32,000 nt of DNA, from contig NZ_LT906458.1 of NCBI RefSeq assembly GCF_900187275.1, positions 1,470,001 to 1,502,000 on the forward strand. The letters run 5' to 3'. This document shows positions 27,850 through 32,000 of the stretch, piece by piece; position 1 is the first letter of the stretch, and each line of letters opens with the position of its first letter. The DNA is from Pasteurella multocida (GTDB taxonomy: Bacteria; Pseudomonadota; Gammaproteobacteria; Enterobacterales; Pasteurellaceae). The position numbers were made by a program, and so were the translations under genes. The notes beneath the pieces were generated by a model that worked only from the letters and a program-made list of their open reading frames with translations, had not been told where the DNA came from and made no database searches.

Positions 27850-30024
27850 TCATGACATGTCACGATTGAATTTTACTTGTTTCAAACGTAATGCATTCAT
27901 TAATACTGACACGGAGCTCAATGCCATCGCTGCCCCCGCAATAATCGGATTTAATAACCCCCATGCTGCAATAGGAATACCTAACACATTATAAATAAAG
28001 GCAAAAAACAAATTTTGTTTAATATTTTTTAAAGTTGCCTGCGCGAGAAGTAAACCGTCCACCATTTGATTAACAGATTGTTGCATTAATGTCGCAGACG
28101 CCGTATGTTCTGCCACATCTGCCCCATTTTTCATGGCAAAACTCACGTTAGCACGGGCTAATGCTGGGGCGTCATTAATACCATCTCCGACCATGGCGAC
28201 GACGTTGCCTTCTGCTTGTAATTGCGCAATTTTGCTCGCTTTATCTCGTGGTGAAAGGTTACCATAGGCATGCTTAATCCCAAGCTGATCAGCAAGATAT
28301 TGCACAGCACTTTGCTGATCACCACTCATGATATATACCTCAATCTGCGCGGCTTGCAGACGCTTGATTCCCTCAATAGAATCAGGCTTTAGCTTATCCG
28401 CAATCGCAAATGCCCCAATGGGCTGATCATTGACCGCGACTGCCACAATACTTGCCAGCTGCCAAATCGGATCGGCTAAAGCCGGTAACGTGAAATGACA
28501 ATAATCAGCTTTGCCGACTTTCACGCGCCCAATCCCTTCCACTTCGGCTTGTATCCCAGCACCAAGTGCGGTTTGAATTTGCTCTGCATGCAACAAATCA
28601 ATTCCCTTCTCTTGCGCGTGCTGAACAATCGCTTTGGCTAAAGGGTGGCTGGCATGTTGCTCGACAGAGGCCGCCAAACGATAAACATCTTGCTCGGTAT
28701 AAGGACTATTTTCCACCAACCAACAAGCAGCAATTTGCGGTTTTCCTTGCGTTAACGTTCCCGTTTTATCTAACACCACTGTATTCACACGAGCCGATTC
28801 TTCCATCGCTGCCGCATCTTTAAACCAGATCCCATGTTTGATCGCATTGCCCATGCCCACCATAATTGCAGCGGGCGTAGCTAAACCTAACGCACAAGGA
28901 CACGCAATCACTAACACCGCGACAGCATGCATTAATGCACTCACCCAATCTTGTTTAATCCAATAAGTAAAGGCAAAGGTCAGTAAGGCAATAACCACCA
29001 CTGTTGGTACAAATACTGCTGCCACTTTATCCGCAAAACGCGCAATTGGCGCTTTCGTCCCCTGTGCTTCAGATAACGCATTCATCATATCGCCCAATAA
29101 CGTCTGGCTACCGAGTTGCTGTGCTTGGTAAACTAATGACCCGTCACTCAGCATGGCGCCCGCTAGCACTTGGCTACCAACTTTTTTCATTTCAGGCTTA
29201 AACTCGCCGGTTAAATGGCTTTCATCGCTCCAACCTGTACCACTTTGCACGATACCATCCGCCGCGATTCGCTCCCCTTGCTTCACTCGTAACAGATCAC
29301 CGATTTGAACCTGATCCAAAGGCAACGTCTGCCATTGTCCATCACGCTGTACATTCACTTGTTGCGGAGTAAGTTTAACCAGTAATCCTAAACTATTAAG
29401 GCTGTGTTTTTTGGTGCGTTCTTCTAAGAATTTGCCTAAACTGACAAAACCAAGCACCATGACACTGGCTTCAAAATACACATGTGGCATGCCCTCATGA
29501 GTATGTCCATAGGCTGTAAACAGCATAAATACGGAATAAAAGTAGATACTGAGCGTCCCCAAACTCACCAACACATCCATATTGGCTAAGCCACCTTTTA
29601 AGCTGCCCCATGCACTTTTATAAAAAGGGATCGCTAAGCCAAACTGCACAATGCTAGCAAGGACAAATTGCCACTCTGGCGCGAGCATCCAGTAGTGCTG
29701 CCCTAGCAACATACCGATCATACCAAACATAAACGGAAGATTAATCAGTAATAACAGCCATAAACGCCACGAAGGTAAGCGAGGTTCCACAAGAGGAGGC
29801 GCTTGTTCTGATTGCAAGCTCCCTGTAAAACCTACGTTTTCAATAAGCTGCAAAATATCTTGTGGAGAATGTTCACTGTTATCAAAACTGATTTGTGCTT
29901 GCTCACTAGCAAAATTGACTGCAGCTTGTTGAATATAAGGTTTTTTATTTAAGACTTTTTCAATACGGCTAGCACAAGCCTGACAGGTCATGCCCTGAAT
30001 GTGCAGGGTGATTTTTTGTTGCAT
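27850..30024 (-). CDS. copA: Copper-translocating P1B-type ATPase CopA
   Basis: Track ORF 27850..30057. The ATG at 30024 is preceded by GAGGAG. One N-terminal HMA domain (GMTCQACASRIE), TGE-like (LTGEF), CPC in IACPCALGLATP, phosphorylation site DKTGTLT, HP (SHP), and the GDGINDAPAL hinge. Confidence 0.93.
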   Translation of the reverse strand: MQQKITLHIQGMTCQACASRIEKVLNKKPYIQQAAVNFASEQAQISFDNSEHSPQDILQLIENVGFTGSLQSEQAPPLVEPRLPSWRLWLLLLINLPFMFGMIGMLLGQHYWMLAPEWQFVLASIVQFGLAIPFYKSAWGSLKGGLANMDVLVSLGTLSIYFYSVFMLFTAYGHTHEGMPHVYFEASVMVLGFVSLGKFLEERTKKHSLNSLGLLVKLTPQQVNVQRDGQWQTLPLDQVQIGDLLRVKQGERIAADGIVQSGTGWSDESHLTGEFKPEMKKVGSQVLAGAMLSDGSLVYQAQQLGSQTLLGDMMNALSEAQGTKAPIARFADKVAAVFVPTVVVIALLTFAFTYWIKQDWVSALMHAVAVLVIACPCALGLATPAAIMVGMGNAIKHGIWFKDAAAMEESARVNTVVLDKTGTLTQGKPQIAACWLVENSPYTEQDVYRLAASVEQHASHPLAKAIVQHAQEKGIDLLHAEQIQTALGAGIQAEVEGIGRVKVGKADYCHFTLPALADPIWQLASIVAVAVNDQPIGAFAIADKLKPDSIEGIKRLQAAQIEVYIMSGDQQSAVQYLADQLGIKHAYGNLSPRDKASKIAQLQAEGNVVAMVGDGINDAPALARANVSFAMKNGADVAEHTASATLMQQSVNQMVDGLLLAQATLKNIKQNLFFAFIYNVLGIPIAAWGLLNPIIAGAAMALSSVSVLMNALRLKQVKFNRDMS
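28564..28572 (+). repeat. Hin-type uptake signal sequence core AAGTGCGGT
   Basis: Exact 9-mer inside copA (antisense). Confidence 0.8.
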
Positions 30025-30092
30025 ATCCGCTCCTCTAACAGTGCGGTCGTTTTTCAATAAGAATAATAAAAAGGACCGAGTAAAACGTTCAC

Positions 30093-30115
30093 TTGCGTGC
30101 TCTCATGCAACGCAA
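30093..30115 (-). promoter_or_regulatory. Stem-loop/dyad TTGCGT(T)GC-N6-GCACGCAA in the copZ-copA spacer, function unknown
   Basis: Read directly. TTGCGTGC (30093-30100) pairs with GCAACGCAA (30107-30115) with one bulged base and a 6-nt loop. It lies about 70-90 nt upstream of the copA ATG. Confidence 0.3.
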
Positions 30116-30141
30116 ATAGCAAAGGTGAGCTAAGCTCACCC
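30114..30141 (-). terminator. Possible weak/partial terminator after copZ
   Basis: On the - strand: GGTGAGC, loop TTA, GCTCACC (30140-30124), followed by TTTGCTATTT. It starts 23 nt after the copZ stop. The U-tract is interrupted. Confidence 0.4.
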
Positions 30142-30163
30142 TGAAACGCCATCACATCAATGG

Positions 30164-30376
30164 TTAAATAGGTTGTACATCAAAACCTGCATTTTCCACC
30201 ACATCAATTAACTGAGCAATGGACACGCGATTGGTGTCATATTGAATTGTGACACAAGCGTGCTCTAAATTCACGTCCACTTGTGTTACGCCGTCTAACC
30301 CATTCAATACACGCTCTACGGTTTTGACACAACCACCACAGTGCATCCCCTCAATATTCAGTGTCACAGTTTGCAT
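30164..30376 (-). CDS. copZ: Heavy-metal-associated domain copper chaperone (CopZ/MerP-like)
   Basis: 70 aa. MQTVTLNIEGMHCGGCVKTVERVL has the GMxCxxC metal-binding motif in a ferredoxin-like HMA pattern. RBS AAGGAGGAAG. It lies immediately upstream of copA on the same strand. Confidence 0.85.
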   Translation of the reverse strand: MQTVTLNIEGMHCGGCVKTVERVLNGLDGVTQVDVNLEHACVTIQYDTNRVSIAQLIDVVENAGFDVQPI

Positions 30377-30460
30377 GAGGTCTTCCTCCTTGTTTTTATG
30401 TTAGCAAATTGAATAACAAAACGGCTTTAACAATGACCACACTGTGCTTACACAGCAATG

Positions 30461-30931
30461 TTATTGAAAAAGTTTCATGAATTTATCACCAAAGAAAAAA
30501 ATAATTAACCCAATACCAACAATCACTATCCCAATAAACTTGAACAAGTTCACTTCGCGCACTGGCATATGAATCAGACCATAATGGTCAATCACCATCG
30601 CCGCAATTAATTGACCCACAATAATAAAAAACAACATATTGGTAATGCCCATTTTGGGAGAAAGTAAAATCGTGGTAAAGACGACTAATGCGCCTAACGC
30701 ACCGCCAATATATTTCCACCAAGCATGTTGTGTTGCGCTAGAAAGATGACCAATTAAATCCGTTTTTAATAACGAAATCACCAGCAATAATAAGGTACCT
30801 GTCCCAAAAGAAATAAAAGTAGCAACCAAAGGCTCATTGCCCATGGCTTTGGCAAGCTGTGAATTTATCGCCGCTTGAGAAGCTAAGGCAACCCCCGCTA
30901 CCAGTGCAATAATAGTATAAAAAACAAACAT
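30461..30931 (-). CDS. DMT-superfamily small membrane protein (DUF606/YdcZ-like)
   Basis: 156 aa with about 5 hydrophobic helices. The N-terminus ..ALVAGVALASQAAINSQLAKAMG..PLVATFISFGTGTLLLL resembles the YdcZ/DUF606 family from memory. Confidence 0.6.
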   Translation of the reverse strand: MFVFYTIIALVAGVALASQAAINSQLAKAMGNEPLVATFISFGTGTLLLLVISLLKTDLIGHLSSATQHAWWKYIGGALGALVVFTTILLSPKMGITNMLFFIIVGQLIAAMVIDHYGLIHMPVREVNLFKFIGIVIVGIGLIIFFFGDKFMKLFQ

Positions 30932-31009
30932 AACTCACCTAAAAAATCAAAATGTGTCTTATTGTAACGAGATTATAGGGGAGTGCAAACGTTTAATCAG
31001 TAAACAAAC

Positions 31010-31037
31010 TTGCATTCTGCTGTGAAATCCGTATGAT
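31010..31037 (+). promoter_or_regulatory. Candidate sigma70 promoter for yhhQ (TTGCAT-16-TATGAT)
   Basis: TTGCAT at 31010-31015, 16-nt spacer, TATGAT at 31032-31037. The predicted transcript would start near 31044, just before a 5-bp hairpin (31045-31057). Confidence 0.45.
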
Positions 31038-31075
31038 CAGCCCCTCGCCAATGGCGAAAGACAATCAATTTTCTG

Positions 31076-31114
31076 TATTGGGTTCCCTCACCCCAAATTT
31101 CAATTAAAAAGGTG
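31076..31114 (+). promoter_or_regulatory. Candidate preQ1-I riboswitch (translational, SD-sequestering)
   Basis: P1 is TTGGG (31078-31082) with CCCAA (31092-31096). The loop is TTCCCTCAC, with a C (31091) directly 5' of the P1 3' strand. The A-rich tail is ATTTCAATTAAAAAGG. Loop CCT (31086-31088) is complementary to AGG (31110-31112) of the SD, 8 nt before the yhhQ ATG. The architecture parallels the B. subtilis queC and T. tengcongensis preQ1-I aptamers, and the downstream gene is the preQ0/preQ1 transporter. Confidence 0.6.
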
Positions 31115-31119
31115 CAACA

Positions 31120-31827
31120 ATGAAAAATACATTTTCGATCTTTAATGATCAACAAACACGTCGTGCGTTAATCCTCTTGAGCTTTTTTCATATTCTGACT
31201 ATCGCCGCCAGTAACTATTTGGTACAGATTCCCTTTGAAATCACGCTTCCACTGAGTCAGCTCGGTACACGTGAAGATTTTAGTTTTCACAGTACTTGGG
31301 GCACATTGACCTTTCCTTTTATTTTCTTAGCCACTGATTTAACTGTACGTATTTTTGGTGCAAAAGAAGCACGCTGGATTATTTTTGTGGTCATGATCCC
31401 CGCATTAGTGATAAGTTATGTGATTTCTACCCTGTTCCAAGATACACAATATCAAGGTCTAAATGCATTAGCGCATTTTAATACTTTTGTCTTCCGTATT
31501 GCGGTTGCCAGTTTCTTTGCTTATGTTTTTGGTCAACTCTTAGACGTGTTAGTCTTTAACCGTTTACGCCAATTAAAAACTTGGTGGATTGCTCCAAGTA
31601 GTTCCATGATTTTTGGTTCCATGGCAGACACATTCCTCTTCTTTGCAATCGCATTTTATGCCAGCAGTGACCCGTTTATGGCGGAGCATTGGGCGGCATT
31701 AGGCTTTGTGGATTATTTATTTAAACTGTTTGTTGGCATCATCTTATTTGTACCGGCTTACGGTGTGGTGCTCAATTTTATTTTACGTAAAATCCAAGCG
31801 CTCAATGCACAGCCACAAGTTGCTTAA
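31120..31827 (+). CDS. yhhQ: Queuosine precursor (preQ0/preQ1) transporter YhhQ (DUF165/COG1738)
   Basis: 235 aa. LSFFHILTIAASNYLVQIP, TWGTLTFPFIFLATDLTVRIFGA, VFNRLRQ...WW.AP and FMAEHW are collinear with E. coli YhhQ. Confidence 0.9.
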   Translation: MKNTFSIFNDQQTRRALILLSFFHILTIAASNYLVQIPFEITLPLSQLGTREDFSFHSTWGTLTFPFIFLATDLTVRIFGAKEARWIIFVVMIPALVISYVISTLFQDTQYQGLNALAHFNTFVFRIAVASFFAYVFGQLLDVLVFNRLRQLKTWWIAPSSSMIFGSMADTFLFFAIAFYASSDPFMAEHWAALGFVDYLFKLFVGIILFVPAYGVVLNFILRKIQALNAQPQVA

Positions 31828-31837
31828 CTTGGAGTAT

Positions 31838-31868
31838 AAAAAATGCCACAACGATTGTGGCATTTTTC
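31838..31868. terminator. Bidirectional Rho-independent terminator between yhhQ (+) and the convergent histidine-kinase gene (-)
   Basis: AAAATGCCACAA (31840-31851), loop CGAT, TTGTGGCATTTT (31856-31867), with A/T runs on both flanks. Confidence 0.85.
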
Positions 31869-31882
31869 TAACACGCTAAATT

Positions 31883-32000
31883 TAACTGGTAATCCAAAGC
31901 GGAATACATAAAGTGACACAAAGTCCCCCAAGCTGACTAGCATTTGCCCACACCGCACCGTGATGCTCTTTAACGACGTTAGCAACAATGGCTAAACCTA
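31883..32000 (-). CDS. Sensor histidine kinase, C-terminal 38 codons only (the 5' part lies beyond the window)
   Basis: Not in the track. My reverse-strand translation is ..GLAIVANVVKEHHGAVWANASQLGGLCVTLCIPLWITS*. This is the G2-box/ATP-lid end of an HATPase_c domain (G.GLAIV...V..HGG....S..GG....F.LP pattern). Which kinase it is cannot be told from this fragment. Confidence 0.55.

Noticed and set aside
27847-27858. Perfect 12-bp palindrome ATGTCATGACAT.
   Set aside because: It spans the last codons and stop of copA (..D M S *). It is short, has no flanking partner or promoter context, and is most simply a coincidence of coding sequence.
1-32000. Looked for tRNA/rRNA/tmRNA signatures (T-loop GGTTCGAATCC-like motifs), CRISPR-like spaced repeats, IS or transposon inverted repeats, integrase or phage genes, simple-sequence (tetranucleotide) phase-variation tracts, and defence-system or toxin-antitoxin gene pairs.
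   Set aside because: None was found by eye. Every ORF of 100 aa or more that is not a shadow ORF has a plausible housekeeping or known-family assignment, and the intergenic gaps are accounted for by promoters and terminators. A computational repeat or tRNA scan (tRNAscan-SE, Infernal/Rfam, a CRISPR repeat finder) would be needed to exclude short elements rigorously.

Overview
Gene-dense chromosomal segment that looks like core genome of a Pasteurellaceae species (Haemophilus/Aggregatibacter-like). The taxon call rests on 13 perfect Hin-type uptake signal sequence cores (AAGTGCGGT), several paired into terminator hairpins, and on protein sequences that match conserved gammaproteobacterial housekeeping families from memory. 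No search was run. Gene order: rlmH' (partial), rsfS, rhlB (-); rho (+); a DUF2167-like membrane-anchored protein (-); dcuB (-); the fatty-acid/ribosomal cluster acpP-fabG-fabD-fabH-plsX-rpmF-yceD (-); oppABCDF (+); an alpha-class carbonic anhydrase lipoprotein (-); the biotin operon bioA-bioF-bioG-bioC-bioD (-); psd and fklB (+); a small DUF2799-like lipoprotein and proB (-); yjjP-yjjB and folA (+); copA, copZ and a DUF606 membrane protein (-); yhhQ (+) preceded by a candidate preQ1-I riboswitch; and the C-terminal fragment of a sensor histidine kinase (-). I saw no tRNA/rRNA genes, CRISPR array, IS element, prophage, toxin-antitoxin pair or defence-type genes, and no obviously disrupted genes. 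I do not find convincing evidence for a new multi-gene system here. The best leads are small-scale: (1) the unlisted preQ1-I-like leader of yhhQ; (2) the bioA/psd control region, with overlapping divergent -10 elements and a 32-bp interrupted dyad; (3) an exported alpha-carbonic anhydrase directly downstream of, and co-oriented with, the CO2-using bioD; (4) a cop locus with two tandem stem-loops and no regulator gene in the window; (5) two uncharacterised exported proteins (DUF2167-like, DUF2799-like). Several ORF-track entries carry spurious N-terminal extensions, and I give corrected starts. rpmF (56 aa) and two edge-truncated genes are missing from the track.
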